Shown piece after piece: positions 9,614-20,100 of a stretch of DNA of 64,000 bases. Positions within the stretch are counted from its first letter, which is position 1, and each line of letters starts with the position of its first letter. The translations under genes were made by a program, and so were the position numbers. Origin of the DNA: an uncultured Methanolinea sp. (lineage in GTDB: Archaea > Halobacteriota > Methanomicrobia > Methanomicrobiales > Methanospirillaceae); the NCBI GenBank assembly GCA_964598545.1, contig CAZRCH010000003.1:1145-65144 (forward strand). Reading direction: 5' to 3'. A model generated the notes under the pieces. That model had not been told where the DNA came from. It made no database searches and saw nothing but the letters and a program-made list of their open reading frames with translations.

Positions 9614-10999
9614 ATGCAGAGAGTCATCCTCTTCATCGCGGTTATCAGCAGTTTTATTACCCCTTTCGATGGGTCCGCGGTCAATATCGCACTCCCCGCA
9701 ATAGGCGATGAGTTCTCACTTGATGCGGTGACTCTCTCCTGGATCACCACATCATACCTCCTTGCCATTGCCATTCTCCTTGTGCCGTTTGGAAAACTTG
9801 CCGACATGAAGGGGAGGAAGCGGCTGTTCCTCATCGGGATCAGCACATTCTCCGCAGCATCGGTCCTGTTGCCATTCTCGGCCGACGCCGGGATGTTAAT
9901 TGGTCTGCGCCTCCTCCAGGGAGCCGGATGCGCGATGATATTCGGGACGAGTCTTGCTATCCTTTCCGCGGCCTATCCCCCGGGGGAGCGCGGAAAAGTG
10001 CTCGGGATCACCATTGCCGCAGTATACCTGGGGCTCTCGCTCGGCCCGTTTCTCGGGGGGCTCATGACCGAGAGGCTCGGGTGGAGGAGCATCTTCCTCG
10101 TGAATGCCCCGCTCGGCATCCTCTGTATCCTCTTTACCATCTGGAAACTCCCGCTTGAATGGAGGGATGAACCAGGCGAGCAGTTCGATATCGCGGGTTC
10201 GTTTCTCTGGGCGGTCTCTCTCATCGCCACTATCTACGGCTTGTCGATCCTTCCCTCACTTGCGGGGACGGCCCTGATATGCACGGGAATCGTACTCCTT
10301 GTTGCTTTTGGATTCTTCGAACTCCGCGTACCATCGCCCGTCATCAACATGCAGCTGTTCCTTGGGAACCGGGTGTTTGCCTTCTCGAACTTCGCCGCCC
10401 TGATCAGCTACAGCGCAACCTACGCGGTCACCTTCCTCCTCTCACTCTACCTCCAGGTCGCCAAGGGGTTCACCGCAGAGTATGCCGGGCTGATCCTCGT
10501 CGCCCAGCCCGCGATGCAGGCGCTCTTCTCCCCCCTGGCAGGAAAACTCTCTGACAAAATCGATCCTGGATACGTGGCCTCTGCAGGGATGGCATTAACG
10601 GTTGCGGGACTCTTTCTCCTCACGTTCCTCGATGCAGGCTCCTCTATCCCCTTTATCCTGGGCTGCCTTCTCTTTCTCGGGCTGGGTTTTGGGTTCTTCT
10701 CGTCACCGAACACCAATGCCATTCTCGGTTCGGTGGACCGGCGGTCCTACGGTGTCGCATCAGGCATGGTGGGCACAATGCGTCTTCTCGGGCAAATGCT
10801 CTCGATGGGGCTTGCAATGACCATCTTTGCGATCAATATCGGAAAGGTGGAGATCGGTGCGGGAAATATCCCTCAATTCATCGAAAGCATCCACGTCGCG
10901 TTCCTGCTCTTCTTTGCTCTCTGCGTCATTGGGCTTGCCTTCTCCCTGGTCCGGGGGAATAGTCGGGGCAAGGGGAACGAGAAACCCCGTGATCCCTGA
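9614..10999 (+). CDS. MFS transporter, 14-TMS drug:H+ antiporter (EmrB/QacA-like)
   Basis: 461 aa and highly hydrophobic. MFS loop motif GKLADMKGRKRLF between TM2 and TM3. Confidence 0.8.
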   Translation: MQRVILFIAVISSFITPFDGSAVNIALPAIGDEFSLDAVTLSWITTSYLLAIAILLVPFGKLADMKGRKRLFLIGISTFSAASVLLPFSADAGMLIGLRLLQGAGCAMIFGTSLAILSAAYPPGERGKVLGITIAAVYLGLSLGPFLGGLMTERLGWRSIFLVNAPLGILCILFTIWKLPLEWRDEPGEQFDIAGSFLWAVSLIATIYGLSILPSLAGTALICTGIVLLVAFGFFELRVPSPVINMQLFLGNRVFAFSNFAALISYSATYAVTFLLSLYLQVAKGFTAEYAGLILVAQPAMQALFSPLAGKLSDKIDPGYVASAGMALTVAGLFLLTFLDAGSSIPFILGCLLFLGLGFGFFSSPNTNAILGSVDRRSYGVASGMVGTMRLLGQMLSMGLAMTIFAINIGKVEIGAGNIPQFIESIHVAFLLFFALCVIGLAFSLVRGNSRGKGNEKPRDP

Positions 11000-11054
11000 C
11001 GTGCTGCATAAAAGGGAATACCGGATGCCGGCAGGAAAGGTAAGTGAGTAAGGA

Positions 11055-11573
11055 TCAGCGGGCGTCGTCCTTCTCTGCATCCTCGCGCTTCATGATCTTG
11101 AGTTCGCAGGTGCGGTCTCCGGTGCACATGCTTCTCACGAACCGCAGAGTGTACCCCGGGTTCAACGCCTCTACGGTCGCAATGGAGAACGAGAGGCAAC
11201 GGGAGAGCAGGTGATCGGAGCCTGTTCTCATCTCCATCTCGCGAAAGAGGAACGGGCATCGCTTGACCATCAGGACCGCCCGCTCGGGGTTGATAGGGAC
11301 CTTCTCCGTGCGGAGATCCGGACCGAAGAAGACCCCGAATATGACCCGGAGCGTGTCCATCAGGTCGCGTGCGTCGCGGGTGGGGAGGTTTGCGCTGTCT
11401 GCAAGGGCTTTAGCCTCGCGTGCGAGGTGCACCCATATATGCTGCTCGAGGTCATCATAGCGATCTCCCACCGCATCCCGGAAGGTGATGTCGTACATCA
11501 CCGGGAGGCTCGTGACCAGCCGGGACGTGACCTGCCACTTCATCTCCGGGGTGAGAGGGTCCCTTTCAGTCAT
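11055..11573 (-). CDS. conserved hypothetical protein (possibly ATC-hydrolase-like fold family)
   Basis: 172-aa ORF with coding-like composition and C-terminal Cys residues (CTGDRTC). The family assignment is weak recall only. Confidence 0.45.
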   Translation of the reverse strand: MTERDPLTPEMKWQVTSRLVTSLPVMYDITFRDAVGDRYDDLEQHIWVHLAREAKALADSANLPTRDARDLMDTLRVIFGVFFGPDLRTEKVPINPERAVLMVKRCPFLFREMEMRTGSDHLLSRCLSFSIATVEALNPGYTLRFVRSMCTGDRTCELKIMKREDAEKDDAR

Positions 11574-11596
11574 ATGGTGGTGTTGCCGGGCGGAAG

Positions 11597-12646
11597 TTAT
11601 ATGCCTTTTTGGTTCCCGCAGATCGATTCTGAAAACTTCCCCCTGTGAAGCAAGGCCTCAAACTTCCGGGCATTTTCTTCAACGGCCCGAGTAGACGCAT
11701 TCGCATAGCAGTAGCGGCAGAGGTGCATGCAGGTCGAATACTGCCCGATATCCTTGCTCGCGATGCACCCGCATACCCCTCTCTGTCCGGAATCCCTGAG
11801 GTGCCTGAACGGCGGACTGCCGGGCTCCTCCATCTTTTTTGTCTCCGGTTCGCCAAGGAACCGCATGAGTGCCTGATCGTGCCGGAACTCCTCCTTCATC
11901 AGGTCACCGCTGATGCACTGCCCCCTGCTGATGCCGAAGGACGAGAGATCTCGCGCCTCCCCGCAGGCAGAGAGGGAGAGGCCCCATTCTGCATTCATCT
12001 CGGACAGCCCGCTGCAGAAGAGGTCGACCTCCTGGTCAGAGAACTCCCGGACACCAGAAAAACCGCTCTTCGCGAGGTTCCTTTGGACTCTTGGATATTT
12101 TCCAATGTCAATGAAGCTGATCACCAGGCGGCGGGTATGGCGGTGCAGGCGGGAACCGATCTTCCCGACCCTCGAGAGGAGGTCATCTACACCAATAGAA
12201 TCCGAGAGGAGCAGCGGATCGAACCGCCAGACAACCCTTCCGGGCCCGATCATGCCGGATAGGTCAAAAAAAGTCTTCAACCTTTCGGACAGCTTTGGGA
12301 TACCAGGTTCGAGGCCTTCTGATTCGTAGTCGTTCAGGGTGAAGAGGAGATAAGAGGAGTAGCCCATCTCCCCGACTGAGTGCAGATGCGTCATGAACGG
12401 CCGCGGATTTTTGGACCAGAATGCGAATACCCGGGTGTGCGCGAACGAGACATAGCTCCCCCGCCCGGTCCAGGGGCTGATCCAGACCGCGTGTCCCCTC
12501 GCGAGCCGGTGAAGGAACCATTCTCCGAAGAATGCGGGGATGTCCGTCGATCGGCTGGCAGAGACGATCACAGGGGCAATTGCATCACGGCGGATCCCCT
12601 CGTCGTCGACGATCTCCACATGTTTCCAGCCTGCAAACCGCCCCAT
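11597..12646 (-). CDS. DUF1848 family protein (radical-SAM-related, Fe-S Cys cluster at the C-terminus)
   Basis: N-terminal VIVSASRSTDIPAFFGEWF, FWSKNPRP, and C-terminal CGCIASKDIGQYSTCMHLCRYCYAN, all hallmark DUF1848 motifs as I recall them. Confidence 0.7.
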   Translation of the reverse strand: MGRFAGWKHVEIVDDEGIRRDAIAPVIVSASRSTDIPAFFGEWFLHRLARGHAVWISPWTGRGSYVSFAHTRVFAFWSKNPRPFMTHLHSVGEMGYSSYLLFTLNDYESEGLEPGIPKLSERLKTFFDLSGMIGPGRVVWRFDPLLLSDSIGVDDLLSRVGKIGSRLHRHTRRLVISFIDIGKYPRVQRNLAKSGFSGVREFSDQEVDLFCSGLSEMNAEWGLSLSACGEARDLSSFGISRGQCISGDLMKEEFRHDQALMRFLGEPETKKMEEPGSPPFRHLRDSGQRGVCGCIASKDIGQYSTCMHLCRYCYANASTRAVEENARKFEALLHRGKFSESICGNQKGI

Positions 12647-12799
12647 ATGAACCCTTCTATGTGCATAGGCGGGACATGGTTATCAATTCCCCGACTACAC
12701 CAACGGTTCCGGCAATCCATTCTGGCAAGCTATATCAAAAATGAGGGTCAATATCAGTGATTGGAGTTATCCATACCATATAGAGACAAGGGACGGGCT

Positions 12800-14050
12800 A
12801 TGGGAATCCGGTTTTTCCAGGGACAGAAGATCAAGTACGAACATGAATTTTCCCAACTTCGCGAGATCGTCGAGATCCTTCGCAAAGAGTACCCAGCGGA
12901 GCCCATATATCTTCTCACCGGGGTACTCGTGGCAAACGGCCAGATAGACTGTGTCATCCTCACCAAGAACGGACCGCTCGTCCTTGACCTGAAGGCATTC
13001 AACGGTGAGATCGCGGGTGTCGAGAACGGGAACTGGGTGGCAAAGACAAAAGATGGCCCGATTCCCCTCCCCAATCTCTTTCTCCAGGCCAAGATACACC
13101 GGCAGGACTTCATCGACCGGCTGATACCAGTCTGCAGGCAGCATTTTCCGCACATTGGGGAGAAGAACCTGCGAAAGATAGGTTCCTGGCTTTACTTCTG
13201 CCGCGGGAGCACCTATGCGGAGGGGCAGATCGACTTTCGAAAAGTGAAGTGGTTCCGCATCGTCACTGCGGATGATCTCATCCAGAAGATTCGCTTTCTT
13301 GATTCCGGCTACACCTTGCGTATTCAGGACATGGATGCCATAGTCGAGGGACTTGGGCTCAAAGAATACACCTTTGAGGATGGAAGTGCGCGTGTTCCTG
13401 CTGCCCGGAGAATGAGAAGGCCGCTCCTCTCCCGGACCACCCTCATTATCCTCCTCTTAATATTCGGGGTATTTACCATCGGGATATTCGTCGTGGTCAC
13501 GTTTCCTGGCGCCAAAATGGCGGCGGCAAATGCCCTGCAGGGGGTGATCACGCTGGTGGGTGGATGGGTGCACCTCGTCACCCAGGAGACCGTCAAGAAA
13601 AATTCCACCCCTGAAGACAGCCAGCAGGCGATAATCTATCTTAACCGCTTCCGTGTTGCAGAGGGGATGTTTCCCATTGCCTACGACAGCCGGGCATACT
13701 CGCTTGCACTCGCACGGTCAGACGATATGGCAGAGTTCAGGTACCTCAACTATACCAATCCACAGACGGGCTCCTCGGCGCTGGCGCTGAAGCGATGGCA
13801 TGGTTTCTCAGAGAACGAGACCCTCCTCGAGACGCTTTACGGGCAGTGGACGGGGTACACTCCAGGAATCGAGCGCCAGGCAATCGATGCCTGGATCACA
13901 GATCCGGGGAATCGTCAGCGCCTCTTTTTTGCACAGGTATCCGGGGCAATCGCCTGTGCTGACGGGTACTGCTCGTATATCGGGGTCCGCCCGGCCCCAA
14001 TCGTCACAAACGAGAACCTGAATGCGACAGGAAGCCTCGCGGCGGTATGA
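12800..14050 (+). CDS. NERD domain - transmembrane helix - CAP/SCP(PR-1)-like domain fusion protein
   Basis: N-terminal NERD-like block (CVILTKNGPLVLDLKAFNGEI...NW). One TM helix (TLIILLLIFGVFTIGIFVVVTF). C-terminal CAP-like block (YLNRFRVAEGMFPIAYDSR...SENE...WITDPGNRQRLF). An alternative start lies at 12761. Confidence 0.6.
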   Translation: MGIRFFQGQKIKYEHEFSQLREIVEILRKEYPAEPIYLLTGVLVANGQIDCVILTKNGPLVLDLKAFNGEIAGVENGNWVAKTKDGPIPLPNLFLQAKIHRQDFIDRLIPVCRQHFPHIGEKNLRKIGSWLYFCRGSTYAEGQIDFRKVKWFRIVTADDLIQKIRFLDSGYTLRIQDMDAIVEGLGLKEYTFEDGSARVPAARRMRRPLLSRTTLIILLLIFGVFTIGIFVVVTFPGAKMAAANALQGVITLVGGWVHLVTQETVKKNSTPEDSQQAIIYLNRFRVAEGMFPIAYDSRAYSLALARSDDMAEFRYLNYTNPQTGSSALALKRWHGFSENETLLETLYGQWTGYTPGIERQAIDAWITDPGNRQRLFFAQVSGAIACADGYCSYIGVRPAPIVTNENLNATGSLAAV

Positions 14051-14062
14051 AAATGGGGGATA

Positions 14063-15265
14063 TCACTCTTTAACAAGAGTGCCGTTGAGCGCGCAGTATA
14101 CCTGCAGATTCTCCAGGACCGCGGAGACATGGGCATCCAGGCCAACCTCCTCATCCATGGCGATTATCTCATCGAGTCGTGATGCGGTTGCAGGTATCTT
14201 CGGGACCGCTGAACACGAAAGGTCACCCGGCTGCCGCTCGAACGTGCCTATCTTCTTCGCGAGGTCAACTGCCTCCTGCTTGTCGAAGGCTACCAGGGGG
14301 CGGATGAGTGGGACCGTCGCTGCCTCAGAGACAACCGCAATGTTGGCCATTGTCTGGGATGCAACCTGTCCTATGCTATCTCCTGTGCAGAGCGCAAGAT
14401 ACCCGTCACGTGCCGCAATCCTGCTCCCGAGGCGCACCATGAACCGCTTGCAGAGCACGCAGCGGAAACGCGGTTCTGCCTGCTGAACCAGTGTTTCGTA
14501 GAAATCCCCGGCATCCGCGAGATAGAGGGTGATGGGAAACCCGGCACACCATGACGAGAGCACAGACAGGTGGCGAAGGGTCGTCGCGCGCACGTCCGAT
14601 CCGGCGAACATCCCTGAATCCACATGCAACGCGTCCACCTCGCACCCTCTCCTCATCATCAGCCAGGTGGCAACCGGCGAATCGATGCCGGATGAGAGCA
14701 GCGCGAGGATTCTGCCCTGCGTTCCCCACGGGAGGCCTCCGGGCGCTGGGATGCGGGTGTCGTATACGAGTCCGCCGAAATCGCGGAGTTCTGCAAATAT
14801 TTCGTATTCGGGGCTTTTGAGGTCAACAGTCGCTGAAGGAATGGCATCGAGAATCGACGCTCCCACAGCCGCCCCGAGTTCCTGGCTGGTTATCCCTTCA
14901 ACCCCCTGCCGCCTCGCACGGACCGCAAACGTCCTCCCAGGCCCGAGTTTTCCGCAGGCCAGTGCAACCGCCGCATCTCTCACCGCCGAAGGTTCCGGTG
15001 TTGTCAGGGTACAGACCGACACGTCCACCACACCAAAGAGGCGGGACACTACCGATGCGATCTCTTCCGGCTGCGCACCATGGAGAATGATTCGCCCGCG
15101 GTGTACTTCGGCCCGGTGAGAAAACCCTGCGGCATCGAGCGCTCTTGCGCAGTTCCTGAGGAGGGTCCCCACGAAGTGCCGCTTGACCGGCTCGCTCTTG
15201 AGGAATATCTCTCCATAACGGAGCATGACTACCTGCTTCTTTTGGGATGACGCAAGGTGAACCAT
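14063..15265 (-). CDS. thiI: tRNA 4-thiouridine synthase / sulfurtransferase ThiI
   Basis: N-terminal MLRYGEIFLKS (ferredoxin-like/THUMP region) and PP-loop LLSSGIDSPVA. Length fits ThiI. ATG 15265 is preferred over the track start at 15346. Confidence 0.85.
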   Translation of the reverse strand: MVHLASSQKKQVVMLRYGEIFLKSEPVKRHFVGTLLRNCARALDAAGFSHRAEVHRGRIILHGAQPEEIASVVSRLFGVVDVSVCTLTTPEPSAVRDAAVALACGKLGPGRTFAVRARRQGVEGITSQELGAAVGASILDAIPSATVDLKSPEYEIFAELRDFGGLVYDTRIPAPGGLPWGTQGRILALLSSGIDSPVATWLMMRRGCEVDALHVDSGMFAGSDVRATTLRHLSVLSSWCAGFPITLYLADAGDFYETLVQQAEPRFRCVLCKRFMVRLGSRIAARDGYLALCTGDSIGQVASQTMANIAVVSEAATVPLIRPLVAFDKQEAVDLAKKIGTFERQPGDLSCSAVPKIPATASRLDEIIAMDEEVGLDAHVSAVLENLQVYCALNGTLVKE

Positions 15266-15560
15266 TCTTCCTGTATATTGGACGTGGTGGTTCATAAAAA
15301 AGGGAGATGCATGTGATGAATCCTCTGGCAAGAGCAATGATTCCAAAGGATTGAAGCTCTCTTTTAGCTATCCCTTGACATTGCTCCAGGGGATACTGCC
15401 CCTTCACAGGGTGCCAGACAACCGGTAAATGTTAAATCCACCGAAACCAAGAAATACAAAAATGAAAGGGCCATGAGAAGGAATTTTCGAAAAATCGAGC
15501 CATTCTCCTGGTGGAGGCGAAAGCCAATCGACCTTTCAGAGTATTCAGGGGGTCTCAGAC

Positions 15561-16430
15561 ATGTATGAAAACGTCCTCGTCCCGTTTGACTTCTCCGCCG
15601 ATTCCCGGCATGCGATAGAGTGCCTGAAACAGATCCCGGGACTTTCCCGTGTGGTGCTCCTCCATGTCATCTATACCAAATACCCCAAACCTGCTGCTGG
15701 ACTAATGGATCCATCGGTCGATTATGCCCGCCTGCGCCTTGAAGAGTATGCGAGATCGATCGACTGGGAAGGATTGTCCATACGCACCCGGATCGAGGCG
15801 ATCTCCGGCGGCGATATCTCTGTCGTGGTGAACCGTGTCGCGGCGGAAGAAAACGCATCGCTCGTTGTGATGGGAAGGAGGGGGATGGGTGTCATCGAGG
15901 CGCTTCTTCTCGGCAGTGTCGCATCTGAGGTGCTCCGGTACGGCGACCGCGACCTCCTCCTTGTACATGCCCCGCCGGCCCGGAAATCGGGGGCAAAGGA
16001 GCCCGGAGGAGGGCCCTCACTCTTCTCCCACCTCCTGGTCTGCACGGATTTCTCCGTACCGGACATTGTTGCGCTCTGCAAGGAGGAACTTCCCCCTGCA
16101 TCCCGGGTGACCCTTCTCCACGTTGTCAACACGGGCGACTCCAGGGAAGAGGTCCATCTCCATTCGAGTGATGCCTGGACAAGGCTCAAGGCACTCCGTG
16201 ATGAATATTCAAATCTCCATATCCCCGTCCGAGCAACGGTCTGCGAGGGGGATGCGGCAGAAGAGATCATCCGGCATGCCCGGGAGAATGATGTCTCCCT
16301 CATTGTCCTGAAATCCGCAGGAATGAGAGGGTTTATCAAAAATTTCCTGGGAAGTACCACCACGAATGTGACGCGGAATGCCGATGTCCCTGTACTGGTA
16401 CTGAAGCGTTTCGAACCCGGAACGAAATGA
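15561..16430 (+). CDS. tandem universal stress protein (2 x UspA domains)
   Basis: Two repeats, each starting with (VL)VPFDFS/LVCTDFS and ending with G(S/R)..G...LGS(V/T) motifs (MGRRGMGVIEALLLGSVA; SAGMRGFIKNFLGSTT). Confidence 0.85.
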   Translation: MYENVLVPFDFSADSRHAIECLKQIPGLSRVVLLHVIYTKYPKPAAGLMDPSVDYARLRLEEYARSIDWEGLSIRTRIEAISGGDISVVVNRVAAEENASLVVMGRRGMGVIEALLLGSVASEVLRYGDRDLLLVHAPPARKSGAKEPGGGPSLFSHLLVCTDFSVPDIVALCKEELPPASRVTLLHVVNTGDSREEVHLHSSDAWTRLKALRDEYSNLHIPVRATVCEGDAAEEIIRHARENDVSLIVLKSAGMRGFIKNFLGSTTTNVTRNADVPVLVLKRFEPGTK

Positions 16431-16564
16431 GGCGTTATGGACCGGCTCGCGCACCATGCACAAGGCGGATCTCCTTTGGACTCTTTTTTTTCCGGCTGGG
16501 CAAAGGTTGCGGCATGGTATCCATTCTCTCCTCCCGCTCGTGACCCTGCCGGGAGACTGCAGCG

Positions 16565-18160
16565 ATGATCTCCTGGGAACTCATCTTTGCAATCATCCCC
16601 GGCATCATCCTTTTCCTGTATGGAATCGAGCAGTTCTCACGGGAGTTCCAGGTTGCCGCGGGTGAACGGTTCCGTGCCCTGATCCAAAGGTTCACCAGCA
16701 CTCCTCTTCGGGGAACGATTGCCGGCGCGATCGTGACTGCTGTGGCCCAGTCGAGCACTGCGACCACAGTCATCACGGTAGGGCTCGTGAATGCCGGGAT
16801 CATCTCATTTACTGCGTCTCTTGGGATCATCATCGGTTCAAACATCGGGACCACATTTACCACCCAGCTGATCGCCCTCAACCTGACCGCTTTTGCTCCA
16901 GTCTTCATCCTCGCAGGATTTCTCATCGGGATAGTCGGGGGGAGATACAGGGTGTTCGGTCGTCCTATCTTTTACTTCGGACTGGTCTTCTTCAGCCTCT
17001 CCATGATTTCGACCATCATGGAGCCTTACCGGTTCGACCCCCAGCTCATCTCGCTCCTCTCCTTCCTCGACAATGTCTTTCTTGAGATTGCATTCGGTTT
17101 CCTCGTGACTACCATCTTCCAGTCTAGTGCCGTCACTACGGGCCTTGTCATTGTGCTGACTCAGAACGGGCTCGTCACACCCGACATGGCGATCCCCATA
17201 CTTCTCGGGGCGAACCTCGGCACGCCGACCACCTCGCTCCTTGTCGCATGGCGGATGAACACCGCGGCAAAGAGGGCAGCCATGGCCCATTTCCTCTTCA
17301 ACTTCCTCGGGGTCCTTATATTCCTCCCGTTCCTCGGGCCGTTTACTGACCTTGTGGTGGACCTGGGGGGGTCTCCCGGCCAGCAGGTGGCAAACGCTCA
17401 CCTAATCTTCAACCTCAGCTGCGCAGGAATATTCCTGGTCGCGATCCGGCCCTTCTCCTATCTCGTGCAGCGGGTCGTGCCGGGCAGGGATGACGATATC
17501 GTTTTCCTCCCTCGTTTTCTCAAAAAGCCCCTCCCAGATGATGCAGAAGCTGCGGTCCGGATGGTCGAGAAGGAGATCGACCACCTGCTGGAAACAGGCG
17601 GAGAGATGCTCAGGGAGTGCAACCACCTCCTCGATACGCCTGGTGCGTCTTTCCAGCGGGTGCAGCAGCTTCGGGAATACGCCCACTATCTGGACGACCA
17701 GATCGCTGATGCAATCCTCGAACTGTCCAGGAAGGACCTGGAGAGGGGTGATGCCGCCTACTATGCAGTGCTTCTCCGGATCTCGAGCCACGGAAAAGTG
17801 CTGGCAGATGAAGCGGGGGACTTTTCCGACATCTTGCTCCAGAACCGGGAGCGCGGACTGGAGCTCCCCTCTGATTCCGTGCTGATCCAAAAAGACATCC
17901 TGTCATCATGCGAACGGAATGTTGGGATGCTCCGGGACGCATTTCCCGATATATCCGACAAAGTCGACGCTGCCATGCGGTCCGTCGATGAGACACTCCG
18001 GGTTGAGATCACTCGGCACTACCACCAGCACGTCATCCGTATTTCCCGCGGAAAGAGCCCTGCCGGCAGCACGATCTCCCGGATGCTCTTTCATATCGAG
18101 GGGATGGCTGCGACCATCCGCGAGATGAGGAAGTCGACACGCCTGCTGCGTGTGGTCTGA
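16565..18160 (+). CDS. Na+/phosphate cotransporter family protein with a PhoU-like C-terminal domain
   Basis: N-terminal membrane domain with the repeated QSSTATT / QSSAVTT signature of Na/Pi cotransporters, followed by a helical soluble C-terminal half. Confidence 0.8.
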   Translation: MISWELIFAIIPGIILFLYGIEQFSREFQVAAGERFRALIQRFTSTPLRGTIAGAIVTAVAQSSTATTVITVGLVNAGIISFTASLGIIIGSNIGTTFTTQLIALNLTAFAPVFILAGFLIGIVGGRYRVFGRPIFYFGLVFFSLSMISTIMEPYRFDPQLISLLSFLDNVFLEIAFGFLVTTIFQSSAVTTGLVIVLTQNGLVTPDMAIPILLGANLGTPTTSLLVAWRMNTAAKRAAMAHFLFNFLGVLIFLPFLGPFTDLVVDLGGSPGQQVANAHLIFNLSCAGIFLVAIRPFSYLVQRVVPGRDDDIVFLPRFLKKPLPDDAEAAVRMVEKEIDHLLETGGEMLRECNHLLDTPGASFQRVQQLREYAHYLDDQIADAILELSRKDLERGDAAYYAVLLRISSHGKVLADEAGDFSDILLQNRERGLELPSDSVLIQKDILSSCERNVGMLRDAFPDISDKVDAAMRSVDETLRVEITRHYHQHVIRISRGKSPAGSTISRMLFHIEGMAATIREMRKSTRLLRVV

Positions 18161-18322
18161 TAATCTCCTGCGGTGAAGGGAGACATCCGGCCCCTTCCCC
18201 GCGAGAGTCATGGTCGAGGCTTGCTCTCCTCCCTTCCGAATTACCGAACTTTCTGCAGCGATTCTCTGGGAGAGATCCCTGTATTATTCCGATACACCTT
18301 TAAGATACAGGAGAAAACCTGT

Positions 18323-18961
18323 ATGACAATGGCAAAAAAGAAGGAGAAGGCGGCAAGTGCCGAAGAGCCGCTCAAATTGTTCTATATCTTCTATAACCAG
18401 GAGCGGTGGGACAACTGGATCAATACCCTGAGAGAGGCGAACTTCGAGGCCGGTCCCGACAGCGAGGAGATGCCGGATGGGTACACAACCCTCTACAACT
18501 TCTCAATGGACATCACCCTCTCGGTCTTGAAGATTATCAGGCTCTTCCAGAACGGCCGTTACACGAAGGAGGAGGCGCTCGATAAGCTGAACGCGGTCGA
18601 GGCCATCGTCATGGGGGAGTCCCGGGAGGATAACCTGGAGGAGTACGTCGAGTCTCTGCAGCTCTCGCTCCTGGTGCTCTTTGCAGGATGCCGGAAGTTC
18701 CTGGAAGGCGAGTTCAAGAATGATATCAAGGCGCTCGTAAAAGAGGGGAAGAAGAGCATCGAATCCGACATGGAGAAAGCGCTTGACATCGCCGCCGACA
18801 TCGCGGCAAACGTGATCAACGGTGCCTCCTGCTGCGCGAAATACGTAAAAGACGATATCGAGCAGCCTACGCTCTTTGACGAGTGGCTGATAGAGGTCGA
18901 GAGCATGGCAGAGGCGGTCTCTTCCCTGAAAAACTTTGACGAAGAAGCCGGAGAGACGTGA
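18323..18961 (+). CDS. DUF2150-like conserved methanogen protein
   Basis: ATG 18323 is preceded by caggagaaaac. The acidic helical protein (MTMAKKKEK...) is followed by a GTGA-overlapping partner gene. The DUF number is from memory. Confidence 0.55.
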   Translation: MTMAKKKEKAASAEEPLKLFYIFYNQERWDNWINTLREANFEAGPDSEEMPDGYTTLYNFSMDITLSVLKIIRLFQNGRYTKEEALDKLNAVEAIVMGESREDNLEEYVESLQLSLLVLFAGCRKFLEGEFKNDIKALVKEGKKSIESDMEKALDIAADIAANVINGASCCAKYVKDDIEQPTLFDEWLIEVESMAEAVSSLKNFDEEAGET

Positions 18962-19410
18962 TCGCCCAGAAAGCCCGGTTCCGTCACTCACGGAAACTGG
19001 AACGCCTGGCAGGTTATCGGCTCCCCGATCAGGCATTCCATGGCGCCACCCTTGAGGCGATCTCCTCCCGGCTCGATTATGGCCGTCTTGACCACACTCT
19101 GCACCAGCAGATTCTCAACTTCATCCACTCCTTCCTGCGTTGCACCTGCCGTGACGCCCCCATGTGCGGCTGCCCGGAGAAGAAGTTCTCCCGGGAGATC
19201 CTGGAACTCCGGGAGAATGGACTCGACCACCGCCAGATCGCCCAGTTCCTCCGCGAGGAGTACGGTATCGACCTCTATCCTGCGGACATCCTCTCCTTTC
19301 TCGAAGACTCCGTCCATGTCCTCGAGGCGATCCGGGACATCGCGAACCTCCAGGGAATGCCCGATCTCTGCAAGAACGCAGCTGCACATATCGAGCTCCT
19401 GGAAAGATGA
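18958..19410 (+). CDS. DUF5814-like Cys-cluster protein
   Basis: 150-aa ORF with CTCRDAPMCGCPEKKF. The GTG start overlaps the preceding stop. Family from memory. Confidence 0.5.
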   Translation: MIAQKARFRHSRKLERLAGYRLPDQAFHGATLEAISSRLDYGRLDHTLHQQILNFIHSFLRCTCRDAPMCGCPEKKFSREILELRENGLDHRQIAQFLREEYGIDLYPADILSFLEDSVHVLEAIRDIANLQGMPDLCKNAAAHIELLER

Positions 19411-19609
19411 ACACCGGGTTCATCCTCTCTTTTTTTCTCGCAACTTTGATATTCGATGACCCGCTGATTTCTGATATCATGCCTTGCCTGCAAAGCCGTG
19501 GAGACCCTGACGGAAGGAGACGCTCTCCAGGCGAGTGGTTTTTAGGCCTGCCGGAGGGAGTAATACCCTTCAATCCCCGGGTTGATCACATGGCAGCGGG
19601 GTCGTACTG

Positions 19610-20089
19610 ATGTCACGGACACTCACGGTGACATGGACACCCCGCGCCTGTGAACCTCATCCCTGCGCGGTCTGCAGTGATTCGGGCCTCTCTTTCCTCG
19701 AACTCCTCTCTTCTGTCATACCTATGCTGGAACGGGACGGCATCGAAGTATTCTTCGGCAAGGACCTTCCCGCCCCGGATGCCTCCCCGGATGACACGGG
19801 GTTCTTTCTCAACGACCGCCCCCTCGAAGACCTGCTCCGCGAGTGCGATCGGGCGCAGTTCATCTGCCACTCGTCCAGGTGCCAGACCTTTGTCCCTGCC
19901 GTCGAGATAGTGCGGGACGAGCGGGGAGCACGATGTATAAGGGCCCCCGAGATGCTCTTCCGGAAAGCGATCCTCATGTCACTGGAGAAAGAGCATCCTT
20001 CATCTGTGAAAGCAGAAGGGGGAGGATATGATTGCGCTTCCGGACGCGTGAATCAAGGAGGGGAGGACACGGGGGCGATCACCAGGTAA
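19610..20089 (+). CDS. DUF2703-like (thioredoxin-like fold) protein
   Basis: The N-terminal CxxC-like pair (CEPHPCAVCSDSG), GIEVFFGKDL and FLNDRPLEDLL resemble the DUF2703 pattern. Confidence 0.5.
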   Translation: MSRTLTVTWTPRACEPHPCAVCSDSGLSFLELLSSVIPMLERDGIEVFFGKDLPAPDASPDDTGFFLNDRPLEDLLRECDRAQFICHSSRCQTFVPAVEIVRDERGARCIRAPEMLFRKAILMSLEKEHPSSVKAEGGGYDCASGRVNQGGEDTGAITR

Positions 20090-20100
20090 AGAATGGCTGC

